Source: the human T2T-CHM13v2.0 reference genome, Homo sapiens. From it: a stretch of DNA of 64,000 bases. A program made the position numbers and the translations under genes. Positions within the stretch are counted from its first letter, which is position 1. Each line of letters opens with the position of its first letter. The stretch lies in NCBI RefSeq assembly GCF_009914755.1, contig NC_060939.1; one strand, written 5' to 3'. This document shows positions 1 to 12,731 of the stretch, piece by piece. The notes beneath the pieces were generated by a model, which searched no databases, had not been told where the DNA came from, and saw only the letters and a program-made list of their open reading frames with translations.

Positions 1-329
1 CAGCAGAGAGTGTGGTGAACCAGGAGACTCGGAGAGTTCCAACCACATCTGACACCCAGAGAGAGTTTAAAGTTTTTTTGTTTCTGTTTTTTAATGTAAA
101 AACCAGTGAATTCTCCCGTGGGGCTAGTAGAAGAAAGCAAGCCAGAGTCGTTTTTAGGGAAAGGAGTAACCTCTGCAGGTCGATATCAGGGGGCGAGGGT
201 TTCTAGCTGCCAGGTGATTTGCAATCAGACTAGAAGGAAAAAACTGGCAACCAGGGGCCCCTTTATAGGAAGATGGCTGGATGAGGGCTGCAGAGGGGTG
301 CTGGGGGTAGACTGCGTATTTCTGCAGCA

Positions 330-1230
330 GATGCCCGGTCGCTATGCCCGTGGATTCGGAGGTGTTCAGTTTCTGGGATCAATTAAGACTCGCTGGCTGA
401 GCCCTCGCTGCATCGCCGCTTTCACCTGCTCCTGCTTCCTCTGCATAGGTGGAAGCCCGTGCCAAAGACCTAGTGGCCAGGCCCGAGGGAGCCTGAACGC
501 AGAGGCCTTTTGTCTCCAGACAGAGAGCAGCGCCTGCTTTTTTCCACTCTCACGGGGCACGGCACTGGGTCACCAGCGAGTCTCAGCCTCCAGCGTTAGG
601 GGGATGGGAGGAAGAGTCAGAGAATGGAGCAAAACTCTCCCGTTCTGGCGGCCTGGAGCTGGAGGCTAGAACACCCCGGGGGGGTGGGGCGTGGAGGGCG
701 GCCTGAGTGCCGCGCCTGGCCCCTGCCCTGGGTGCGCACCAGGCCGCGAAAGCCGGGGGCCGCCTTCTCGGCTGCTGAAGCCCGGGAGTCAGTCAAGCGC
801 CCTCTGGCACCGCGAGGGAGGCGCACCTCGCCTGGTGCAGAGTTGCCGCGACCCGAGCGGGAGGAGGCACAGGACGCAGGGCTCCTGGCCTGGCTGTGGG
901 CTTGGCCTTGGCGCACTAAGCGCTCCCCATCTGCCCGAGCCTGGCCTCCGCGGCCCTCTCGGCCCAGTCTACGTTCGTTTAAGGACTTCAGCGCGAAGAA
1001 GAGCGAACGTGGCTAGAACCTGTTGACCTCTCCTCTGGCCTGGAAGTCCGCACAGCTCGTGGCAACACTGGACGGACTGGTTGTCAGGGGACGACCGCGG
1101 GCAGGTGGGGAGGAGGCCTTGGTCTGGCTCCTGGATTCCACCCTGGGACGGAAGGGGAAGCGGAAACCTTGACCTCAGCCACACAAGGACACCTATCTGG
1201 CTGTCTGCCTGCCCTGGCCCAGCCACCCGG
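330..1230. promoter_or_regulatory. CpG-island-like GC-rich block
   Basis: Dense unmutated CpGs (e.g. gccgcgaaagccgggggccgcc), high GC, no credible ORF. Confidence 0.75.
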
Positions 1231-1269
1231 TTCAGAGGCCTACCCTTGGCCACAGTGGTTTGTCCTCAG

Positions 1270-1335
1270 GCTTGGAGTCCCCAGAGATGTGGACACAGTG
1301 ACTGGCACATAGTAAGCGCTTAATAAGTGTTAGAT
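1270..1335. mobile_element. Short ancient MIR/L2 terminal relic
   Basis: ctggcacatagtaagcgcttaataagtgttag matches the shared MIR/L2 3' end motif. Confidence 0.5.
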
Positions 1336-2299
1336 TGGCGGTGTCAATCATTTTTAGGCACATCCGGTTTCCTCCGTGAGCATCTCCCCTCTCACACACA
1401 TTTATTCCAGGCCAACAACATGCCTAGCTAGGTCCTTAAGCACCGCCACTCATACCCAGAGGCCCATCAGCTGCCTCGCTCCCTCTGAGCCCTGGAGCTG
1501 CAGCCCTCCACCCTTGACATGCGGGAGAAAGCCAGAGGCCCCTAGAGTCCCCCCCTCGGGGTGTTTTCCAGGCCTGGGACACCTGAGCAGGAGACACAGA
1601 GGCCTGAAGAAGGGTTAGCAGGTCCCTAATATGCCCCATCCATGTCAGCACTAGAGGAGGGGAATTCTGGTTAAATAAGAATATTCTGGACAGGGAGATG
1701 GTGGTTGGTCAGTTAAAAAAGAGAGAATCATTCAGTAAGGGATGCATGTGTGGGAAGAGTGGGGGGCACCTAGGGGCAGGCTGACGCAGAAGAAGCAATA
1801 GAGGCTGAGTCAGAGCACCACAATGACACCTTTTTCTTCCAGAAAGAATTCTTTAGTTAAGCCTTTAATCGGCCTTCGGTGAGCAGTGAGTTGTGGGAGG
1901 TAGTGCCATTAACTATACATACAATGTTCATGTAACCAGATTTTAATCATTTATGATCTTAATAAATAAATATGCTGCCTTCTGATTCTTTTTACTATCA
2001 ATGATATTAATACTGTTGTTGTTGTTTAAACGAGATTTTAGTCCCGGTTCGTCCCCAGAGCGGCTGCAGGAGTAGTGCCCAGGACTATTGTGACCTGCTG
2101 TGCCGTAGCTCAGACTTCAGCCTGCTCGTCTCCTCTTCCCTCTTCCCCAGATCCCCCAGATCCCCCAGGCTGATGGATATTCTTCGACCGGGGCCCTTTT
2201 TAAAATGACCAATGTGTTATCAATATAGGCTACCCATCCTTATCATATAGGCTACCCATCCTCTCTTCGTTTCTAACCATTTTGCAGTGCGAAGAGAGA

Positions 2300-3450
2300 G
2301 ACCCAGGCGCAGGCCAGGCGGCGCGTGTCGCTCGGTCTGAATTGCACCGTAATCGCCAAAACCTTGGCCTAATTTGCAGCTAATAGATCTCGAGCGAGGG
2401 AGTCGGGAAGAAACCAGTGGCTTTGGAGGGATCGGAAATTAAGGGACTAGAAGAAGGATGTGATTCCTATTATTCTCCCCCTCCCCCTCCTGCACACGAC
2501 CATGTGTCTCCTGGCTGGGCCTTTGGGGACGCGGCCCCTGGCCCTCCGTGGCCTGTGTTCCTGTTGTTCGCTTCTCTCCCAGCGGACCACTGTGTCTGGG
2601 GCGCCGCGCCCTCCGGTGCGCTCAGACCTCGCGCCCTCCGACCGGCTTCTCCCAGTCCCCGGGAGGAGGCGCTGTGCCCGGGCTGGCCTCTGGTCCCTCC
2701 CAGCCGATGTCCTGGAGCCCCCATTCACAAAACCCCTCCTGGAAGAGGACACACACCCACCCACCCACACACACACACACACACCCCACACACGCACTAC
2801 GAGAAGGGGAGTTTGATCTTGTCTCATTGGCGTCTCGGGTCTGAAAGGAAAATCGTTTGGGTAAACAGCCAAGCTTCCAGGCTTAACGCCCGGCTCCCGC
2901 CCCCGCCCCTCCATCCCCTCCTGCCTCCCCCACTCGCCTTCAACCCCACCCGCCACCCACACTCGGCTCCGCAGCCGGGCCCCGAGCGAGCTCCGCGAGT
3001 CCTGGCGAGAGCCGAGGGCTCCCCGGGTTCAAAGGGCCGCAGCCCCGAGGGAACGCCCTCCTTGCTGTGCCCCGGGGGGCAGAAGCGGACTGCTGGGCGG
3101 TGGGACCGGCCTGGGCCACGGTAGGAACCGCGAAACCTCCGGCTTCCCTAAATAGAGCTGGTCTCGGGGGAGGGCGCCGGGGAGTTCGGAGCCCGGAGGG
3201 ACATTTTTGCCAAGACCGAGCGGAAGCCGAGCCCGTGCGGCTGGCTGCGCCTAGGAGTTCCGCCACGGGTCCGACGGGGCACCCTGGGTCCCCGCAGCCC
3301 GTCACAGGCGTTTGCACATTTGTGTGCACGACCACTGGCGGGGGCGTTGAGCCTCTGCTAGCCGCCTCGGGCTCCGCACACCCTCGGGTGATTACCCGGC
3401 CCCCACCTCCCTCCAAGCGACCTCGGCTCCAGGAAAAGGCTTTAATCTGC
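2300..3450. promoter_or_regulatory. CpG island
   Basis: Continuous CpG-rich, GC-rich sequence with GC boxes and a CA repeat at about 2750-2795. Confidence 0.85.
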
Positions 3451-5529
3451 TATTAAGCGTTTTCCAAAGTTTCTTTCCAAAGGAGAGTTCTTCACTTAAC
3501 TGGCTGTAAACATAATTAATAGTTATTAACATGCAAAAAAACCTCTGTGGTGTTTAAAAGGATAATGGTCTCTCTCTAGCTCACACTCTTAAGCATGGAG
3601 AGAACCTTGAAATCTGAAAATATCCTGATTAGATTATTAGAGCTGATTATACAGTGATTTTCCTCGTTCTCTAATGACATTCTTCTCTCTCCTCCCTTCC
3701 TCTGTCTCTTGTTCTCTCTTTTTCTTTTTCTCCCAGTCTCAATCTCACTCTAATCCAGGAGTCATTAGCAACACCCTCTGGCTACATGTTTTGCATCAGT
3801 GAAACATTGTGACATAGTTGTAATACAAACTCAGCCGCCTTGCACTGCATCTTGCGGTAGGAAGTGTAATAGCAACAAAAATCATTTTTCATCTCCAGGC
3901 ATTATTGGGCGAAAAAAACCCCAGAAAACCTGAATGTGAGAAGAGGAAGGGGTGGAGAAGAGAGAAATGAAGGGAGAGAAGAAGGGGGTGGAGGGGGGGA
4001 AGAGAGAGAGAGACAGAAAGAGAGAGACACACAAAACCTTTTCCAGTTTAGAACTCCTTTTCCAAACTGTAGGCGTGCAGGTTCACACCTATCATTTCCT
4101 ATGCCTTCCTCTCCTCGGTTTTTGTCCTAGTTCCTCACTGCTGGCCCTCAGTGGGCCCCAGGACCCTCTTGGGAATTCCCTCTGAGCTCCCATTATCTCT
4201 CATCAGCTGCCTTCTCCCCATGTTAGCACCAACTCTCACCCCCACCCCCATGCCTAGGCCTCAAGACCCCCAGGGCCCGGGCCACCCCTCCTTAGCTGGC
4301 AGTTACTAGGGATGCTCACTGAAGTCCTGCTAGGAAATTGGGGCCTTTCTCCTGTGTGGTCTCACAGGAATCTTTCCTAGCCTGATGGAGAAGAGACAAA
4401 CCAGCCAGAAAGCCAACCTGGCTATTTTCCTGGCGCAGCCGTGTAATTTCTGAGCAAGATCTGAGAGCTCCTAATCAGCAAGGAGGAGCCCTGGTTACAG
4501 GGAGAAGGGGCACTCACGCTATCCCCTGCCTGCCCTTTGGGGGCTCACCCCGCTAACTCAGGGGACTGCGGAGTTTCAAGAAGCGATCTCTATGTTGGGA
4601 TTGCTCAGGCAGGGAAATACAGGGGCTTATACAACACCAGATAAACTCTATCTCCACCCTATAGTCCCCAGTTCAGCTCCCATTATTTGTAGGATCCACA
4701 GAGCTCCTTTTAAAAAAAAGGATTTGAACTTTGTAATAAAAACTACATTAAATAAAGGTTCTGTACCTCCCTTCAAAACAAAGAAACCACACAAATCCTC
4801 ACTGGACCATGACAGAGATGCTGTATTTTTAAAACCATGTTTGGCATGTAACATTTGTTTTAACTTATAACACCCATCTCTGGGATGGTGCACTTTGAAG
4901 ACACATTGAAGCAAAGGCTCACCATATAAGTGGGTTAAATTTTCTGTATATTTTATGGTCGTGTGGATATAAGATTGCGGCAAACCTGTTAAGTTATCAA
5001 CTGGATAAAATAGTGTCAAATGCCCAGTTGCACCTTGGAAAGAGAGGCTGTGTAATTTGCAATTCTTGCCAGTTGCTACTTTCACCGGCGGACAGGTGTA
5101 CGTGTTGGGGGCTATATTTTGTGGTTATTTAGTCAGCAAAGCCAAAAGCTGTGGGTACAGTGTCCCAGTAGGCTGGAGACTGGCACTGCAGAACCCCTCT
5201 AATGCTGGACTGACCAGAATAAATGAATTTTGGTGGAAATCATAATTGGGAAGGGATGACTTTATAGGCACCACCTCATGGGAGACATCTGCACTGGCCG
5301 CAGCTGAATGGCCGGAAATACACGGGGCCCGAACTAGTGGCTTCCTAAAGACCACGTCTCATTTATTTTCTCCTTTCTAGGAAAGCAGCTCCCCAGCTTG
5401 AGTGACTACTTTAGACTTGGTGAAATTGTGCCTATATATTTTTCTCCTTCTTCTGTTATTTTCCCTTCATCCCAATGCAGCCACTGTGGGATCTGTCGGT
5501 CACAGATAATGGTTTTTAACCCGTCAGAA

Positions 5530-6060
5530 GACCTGTGCGTTGCGGCTTCTCTGAGGGTTTCGATTACGGAAAAAGTCCGGGTGACGTACAATTAGGCTGC
5601 CGCAGGCTGGGAGGCTTGGCGGCGTCATTCCAGTTTCTGCAGCGAGGTGGCGCTCCAAGGTACGGCAGCGCGCCCGGGTTTTCGCCACCGAGCGCATCCG
5701 CCGCCGCGTCCACGCAGCGAGGCAGCGGCCACCGAGCAATGTTAACTCGGGGTTCCTAAAGCCTCTGAGCGGAAAATCGGGAGCGCTCAGACCCACCTAG
5801 GCGGAGCGGTCCGCAGGGTGGGCGAAGGCCTGAGGCCACGACTGGGGAAGGCTGGCGGCGGCGGGGAGCGCTGTGATGGCGAGTCCCGGAGCACACTCCG
5901 CGCGCCGCCGCTCGGGGGAAATCTTCGAAATTCCCGGGCGGGGCGGAGGCTGGGGCTGCAGGTCCCCAGGCACGGCGAGCGGCGCGCTGGAGTCAGCCTC
6001 GGCCCAGGCACACCGAGCAAGCGCCCAATCCACCACAAGCTCAGAGACGCAGCTTAGGGT
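5530..6060. promoter_or_regulatory. CpG island
   Basis: Very high CpG density (cgcgccgccgctcggggg, gggcggggcgg GC boxes). Confidence 0.85.
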
Positions 6061-6299
6061 TTTTTGTTGTTCTTGTTGTTCCTTTTCAAAGAAAAAAATA
6101 AGGAAAATATGTGTTCTATCGTTGTCCCCCAAACTAAAAAAGAAAAGATATATAGTTTTTGGGTTTTCCTTTGCTTTCTTCTTTTCTCTCATTTCCTTTT
6201 TCTTCCCTTCCTTTTCCTTTTATTTTCTGTAGTTTTTTTTTCTTACCTCTCCTTTCGCTTTTTTTTTTCTGTATTTTTCCTCCTATTTCTTAGAACTGG

Positions 6300-6301
6300 T
6301 T

Positions 6302-6366
<65 letters not shown>

Positions 6367-6390
6367 AAAGAGAGAGGGAGAGAGAGAGAG
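6300..6390. repeat. Compound (GT)n(GA)n microsatellite
   Basis: About 13 GT units directly followed by about 18 GA units, then further GA repeats. Confidence 0.95.
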
Positions 6391-8049
6391 AAAGTGAAAG
6401 TATTACCACCGGCTGGTAATACTAGAAGGCTTGGGCAAATGGTAGCAAAATTGGAGAAACTATTTCAATTTATTGAACGGACTTCAGTGCGTACGATTTC
6501 GTTTCCATGCTTCTGCTCTTTCTGGGTGTCTCACAAGCTCTGAGTCGAAGATGACTGGGAGAAAATGGCTCTCACTCTGCCACTCCTAATCTGCGGTCGT
6601 AGGGGCCCTTTAAAATCATTTTTGAAACAGTGATAGAATAATAGTAATAGTCCCAATGAACAGCGTTTCCTTCTGGCATGAATTTTCTCGTGGTTTTGCA
6701 GCCTGGTCGGCGGGACCCGAGGAACGCGGGCGGGCGGCGCGGCTGCTAGGCTGGGGCCCTCCTGTCAGCAGCTGGTTCCATGGGAATCCCCTGACCCGTG
6801 AGCTGTCCCCCTCTCTGTGGCCCTGGGTCTCGGGCCTGGGCCCTCGCAGCTGCTGGGATGCTTTGCTGCGACAACACCCTGCCTTCCACATGCAGCCGCT
6901 GCACTTCTCCCTTGAGTCGCATTTCCGGCCACCTCACCTTCCTTGAAGTTTTCTAGTATATAAGGAGGAATTTTCGGCCCAATTTAGAAGTCTGCAGAAA
7001 CTCAGAGGGTCAGGTCATTAGGAATGTTAACGCGGCGACCAAGAATTATAAACATGATCTGAAAGTCTCTTCCAATTCATTTCTTCAAGTATTTATTTGA
7101 GCTAAGTGATGAAAAGTGACAGTTGTGAAATAGACAGCTTTTAAAAGTAATGAAGTCAGATGAGGCTTTAACCTGTCGATTGCTATAAATCAACTTTGAA
7201 AAAGAGGAATGAAGAATGTTATTTGAGCACCTAACCGCCAGCATTTGCTTTGCCGGCTGTCGACCCTGGAGTTGGTCTGCGAGCACCTTCCAGGAGGCAG
7301 GACCCAGTGAAGCCCTGCGCCTGCAGTGTGACCCTCAGGTGACATGAAGGATTGGGGGCCGCACTGCCAAAAGGCGACATTTTCGTGTGTGGGGGAAGGA
7401 GGGCTCCATTTCCACTCAGACTTTTGTCATGGGTTTGGGCTATGCAACGTATCTGGGCAGGTGACCCCAACCCTTAGCACAGTTAGGAATTCAGAGAGGC
7501 TGCCACCCATGGGGCTGAACCCCGAAATATAGATCGGCGCCCAGCCCAGCTCCCCAGCTGGTTGAGGGCGTCTACTTCCTTCTTCCATCCGGTTGGGGAA
7601 AGCCCAGGGCCTGCATGACGCCCTGACTCTACTAAACCTTTAGAAATGGTGGCAGCAGGGTGAGGAAGATGAGGAGACTAAATTTCTCCAGGGGTGGGTG
7701 GGTTGAGCTGGGGCTGAGTTATCTATAACATTAAATGACTCTCTTCTGTGAGGGAAACCCAGGAAGGAGGGGTCCTGCGGTCCTAGGGGCCTGGGGGCTG
7801 AAGGCAGGATAGAGCAGGTGTCTGAAGTTCTTGTGGGGAGGGGAGAAGGGTCCCATCCCGGCATGCCCCCGTCAGGGCATCCAGAATGCCTTCTGAGAAA
7901 AATGAACTGGTTGGGTGTTTTAAAGTAAACCTTCCACATTCTTTTGGAGATCTCAGTTCCCTACGATTGCAATTTCAGTCTTAGCCGGGCTTAGGGACGC
8001 CATCCTTTTCACAGTGACTTCACCGCACTCTGTCCCTGCCTGCACTCCA

Positions 8050-9400
8050 AGCCTAAGCCGGGGAAGAGTTCCCCGGGCCTCTGGCCCTCTGCGTCTGCTA
8101 GTCTCTTTCCCCCAAGACTCCCCGAGGTGGGGAGAGCACTGGTGCTCCCTGGAGAAATCAAGGTGTCCAACATTCTCTCCGAGGCGAGGCTGCTTGAGCG
8201 CCAGCAACAGGTCCTGCTGAACTTTCTTCCCCGGCTCCTTCGCTCCGGTTGCTCTCCATCCTCATTTCTGGGGTCAAATGGCAAAGAGGGAATACTCCTC
8301 GACCCCTCTCCCCCTTGACTATCCAAAGCAGCCCGAAGTTGGCGAGGAGACTCTGCCGGGTGTTCGGGCAAATGCCCCGCCGGGTGGCTCCAGAAATGGC
8401 CTGTGACCTGCACTCGCCTCGGAGAAATTCCAACTCTTGGTTGAAGACTCTGACTCAGAGGAGCCCTCTGAGGATGCGCCCCTGGAGAAAGTGCACGGGA
8501 GGGAAAGTGGAGAGAACCTCGCCCTCCCCAGGCGCTAGCCAGCTACTCCCGGGCCAGCAGGGCCGGTGGCTTCATTGGGCCCCACCCTGGCCTAGTGACT
8601 CTCTGCGGCCTTGGAGGGGTGCGGAGAGGTGAAGCCGATCTCAGGCAGCACCCCTCCCCTTGCAGGTCTAATTTCCCCTCTCTGGGGACCTGGATGCGGG
8701 AAGCTAGGCGCCCAGCTCGGGCATAGGAGGCTCGAGCTCTATCGGCGTCCAGCCCGCCCTCAGAGTTAGCTGGAGCTGGAACCTGGCGGCCTCGGGTGTC
8801 CGCAGCAGGCTGTGTGGCCACCGGCCTCTGTCCTCTCCGCTAGCGCCAGGGCTTCCCGCACCCCAGGCTGGGGCAGCGAGGGCGTGGGGGTCTCCTAGAC
8901 CGGCCCGGGTGACGGCGGTAGGGGACCAGCAACTTCCATTTTCCGACCCCGAGAAGGGAAACTCAACGGAGGGGGCCGGTCGAGACTCCTCCTCCACTCC
9001 GCCCCGAGGCAGCCTGGCTAGGCTAGCGGCGGGTCTCCGCCCGCCCGAACGTTTCCATAAATCAGGCCGCTGGCAGGCTGCTAATTAGCTCGACCGAAAA
9101 GAATAGAAAGAGGGAGAGGTTGGTGGCGCACTGTGGGGTGGGGGTGGGGGTGGGGACTCAGTAGGTGGGAGATCAGAATTTCTCTAGGGCCATTGGGGGA
9201 CTCCCTGGGGTACCTCAGCAACACCCCCGCCCCGCACCCCCGGCCCAGGCCACCGCAGACCACCTCCCCCCAGCCTGGGCCTCCAAGCAGGGGCTTCGGG
9301 CTCACAAGCCTCCCGCACTGCGCTCCCCAGCGTTCCACCTGGCCCGCCCACCCACGCCGAGTCCCCTCTGCCACTCGCTGAGCAAGCCCAGCGTTAATTA
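8050..9400. promoter_or_regulatory. CpG island
   Basis: CpG-rich, GC-rich stretch; includes a G4 motif at 9135-9155. Confidence 0.8.
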
Positions 9401-9749
9401 ACTCCCCTCCCTGCCCCCTGCAATATCGGAAGACTTTCAAAACTCATCTCCAAGTGTTTCCTCTTTAAGCCTAAAGCTTGGAACAACCGCCAGGGAAAGA
9501 GGGGAGCGGGGTCTAGAAGAGTCGGTCACTTAGAGCTTTGGGGCCACAAGACTTCCCCAACGATTGTGTGGGTTGTGGGATGAGATGCAGCAACCCTATT
9601 TCTCCATCCCCAGTGAAAAGGCAAGACGATCAATCAAGATTAGAAATAACATTAAAGTTGGATTATTGATTTCCCTGTAAATTGCGAACCGAGGATGTGG
9701 CGAGTGAGAGCGACTTCTGTTTATTTTCTCTTTTCCTCCCCCATCCTTC

Positions 9750-10500
9750 TCCTAGCTCCGCGCCCCTCCCAGCCTTCCCGCCCTTAGCCGGGAAAGGACG
9801 CTGAGATGACATCACCACAGAGACCCGCGGCCTCCCCGCCCCCGGCCCCGGGACCCCGGAGCGGAGATTGACAGGTGTCGCTCGTTAGGACAATGCCTTC
9901 CAGGTGCCACTGTCACAGCCCCATCCTTCCTAACCCGCCCTCTTTGCCCCCTTCCCTTCCAACTCTCATACCTCCCCCCTTTCTCCTCTGGGGGAGGTTC
10001 TCACATTCGCACTCCCAAACCCCAGCTCCTCGCATCTGGGCACAGGGCCCCAGGTCTAGAGATGCGGGCAGGGGGCCGGCACCCAAGGGCAGGGGTGGCA
10101 GAGGCTCCGCCTGCTGCCTGCCGTGGGGCCGCTCCGAGGTGCCAGGAACTCCGGTAAGGGTCCCGGCGGCGGCAGCCCGGGAGTGGGCAAAGAGGGAACA
10201 TGCGTGTATTTCAAAGAAACCAGCGCGGTCTCTGGACTTCCCTGTCTTCGCTCTCCACCCCCGCTCCCCCTCAACACACACATAATATAACAGACGCGAA
10301 GATAATCCTGCCATCTGGCAAATCCCAAATTTGGTGACCAAGCTCGGAAAGCAACAGCGACGGCTCATCCCGGGAGTAGGTGGCTGGTCCTGCCGGACTC
10401 TCCGGAGCTGGGGCAAGGGCCGTGGGCTCTGCCCGCACCTGCCCCCACCTCTGCTCCATCCCTGCCCTGACCCGGTAGACTGTGGGGTTTTTCTGTCGCA
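9750..10500. promoter_or_regulatory. CpG island
   Basis: CpG-rich; ccccgccccc GC box at about 9834-9843; CRE-like atgacatca. Confidence 0.8.
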
Positions 10501-12696
10501 CTGGGCAGCAGTTCTGGGTGTCTGGAATGGGGGAGCTGTTAAGTGTGGGGCTCCGGCCCCACTTTCCACCAATGCTTCCTCAATGAGCTAAAACCCAAAT
10601 TCGGCTTCATTATGTACCACCGAATGTAATTTATAGCTAGGCGGTCTGTCGGCGGCGATTTAAATCATTTGGTGATAAGGATCACACTTATTAGATTTCT
10701 TCAAAGCCGATGGGGGTTTTCTATCTTTTTTTTTTTTTTTTTTTTTGGAGGGCATTTGTGCTAAATTGCCCAGTGCTGGTGTGATAACTGTCAAAAGTTT
10801 GACATCAAAGGAGCTAATATTATTCAGTTACCAGAGAAGCTGTCTGTCTAAATAAGAATATCTTAATTACTGCATCACAAAGGTAGAAAAGGGGTCGGAT
10901 CTGAAAAGGGGAGAGGCATTCAGCCGCTGCTTTTGATGCGCTATCTATATTAGACCGATGCGCCGTTCTTAATCAGGCCTAGTCCGATTTCCTTTCCTCT
11001 CTCGGTCGGTCCTCTGAACTTTATAACTATATGTAAACACGTTGTCAGTGGGGACATAATCTTCTCAGGTTCTTATTAGAAGAAATTTCCATCCTCTCCC
11101 GTTCTAGATTAGGCGCAGTGGAGTCCGCTCCATCAATGAAGGGACTAAGGTTTCGTGGACAATAATGTGGCAATTGTTGATGGTTTGTGACCCATAAAAT
11201 GTGGAGGTGACTGTTCTGGCTTTGGTATGTAATTATGCAAAACACTTTCCATAAAGACTTGCCATTCGATCTAATGGCAGTCCCTGCGGTCTATTTCAAA
11301 AAGGGAGGGTCTATGTACAGAGAGAGAAAAGTAACATTTGTTTTAACACAGGTTTTATAGGGGGGATGGATAAATACAAACACATCACAACGCCGCCCAA
11401 AGTATTTTTTCGAGTCAAATTAAAATAATTATCAGGGGGTTTAATAAGTTAATCATAGCAACACGGCCCATCCAAACACACAGGGAGGGGGGTTCAGGCT
11501 TCAGCCCACCACCTCTCGACCTGGGACTGTGCTTGAGAGTGGCGAGTCACCCCTGGGTTCTGCAGAGCTGGAGCTCGTCCCTGTCTCAACTCAGTCCACC
11601 TGGGTGCTGGGCTGGGCTCTAAAGCCCCGATCTGGGGCTGAGGTTGGGGGAGGGGTGGGCGGCATCTCGACCCCAAAGGCTTGTCCCTGGAATTATTTGG
11701 CATGGGGCATTTTCACAAAGCAGCCCTCTTTCAAGAAGCGTCCCCCATCCCCTTTCCCTCTAGTGCCCTCAAGCTCCCAGGATTTAGGTACCCACAGAAA
11801 GGCAGGCGGAAAAACAAGTCCCGAGACAGGAATGAGTCTGACTGTTTCGGGTGGAATGGCTAAACCTGGCGCCCACGCTCAGAGGGCCAGCAGCTGAGCA
11901 CACTCGAGTCAGCTAAAACTGCCACCAGCACGTCCTCAAGACGCCTGAGGGTTTTGTTTTTTTTTTCAAAAGTAATACGGGGAATTAAAAAGGCCTGAAG
12001 GAGAAGGGTGGAGTGAGATGGGAAAGTCTTCACTGCCTTGGGCCCAGCCCTGGCCTCTGGCTTAAAAAGCAAGTCTTTCTTTGGCAGCCCTCCGGCCCTT
12101 ACCTTGTCTGGAGACGCGCCCCCCACCCCGCGCTCCCTGAACTGCTGTGCGTCGAGCTGAGTCCTCGCCAACGGCCGCACGGTGACGTTGCCGTGTGAGC
12201 CCAGCAGTCGCGGGCAACAGGGGATTTTTCAAGGGGGAAATGACGATTAGAAGAGAGAATCATCTAAATATCAAAGTGACACATGGGGAGACTTGGAAAA
12301 AATATTTAAGCTAATGAAAAGCAAATAAAGAAGCAGACACTTAGGCTGGGAAATTAAATATTATGTTTAAAATGGTGCTTTTGTCCGGGCTTGAAGATTT
12401 CCGATTCATGTACACATAATAAACACTCAGGTTTGTCATCTGGAGGTGCAAATCTGAAAGATATTCCGACAAATGAAGTGCTGGCAGAGAGAGGAATAAA
12501 GAGATCGGTGCCTGTCAGGGGTCAGGCAGCCTGAGATTGCTTCTAGAGATCTTTTGAAAATTTCACACGATTGAAGGCTTAGGGGCTTCACTGCGTTCGC
12601 ATTTCAAACTCAGATCAGTGGGATCACAATCAAAAATAGAGGTCTGGAAAATTTTGATGCAAAGATGGCCACGCGCATCAGGGCTTCTCTCACTAG

Positions 12697-12697
<1 letters not shown>

Positions 12698-12727
<30 letters not shown>

Positions 12728-12731
12728 CTTT
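12698..12731. repeat. (CT)n plus poly-T microsatellite
   Basis: Seen directly. Confidence 0.9.

Noticed and set aside
6399-6423. Hairpin as a pre-miRNA (contains TAATACT, similar to the miR-200b seed region)
   Set aside because: The stem is only 10 bp, far shorter than a Drosha substrate
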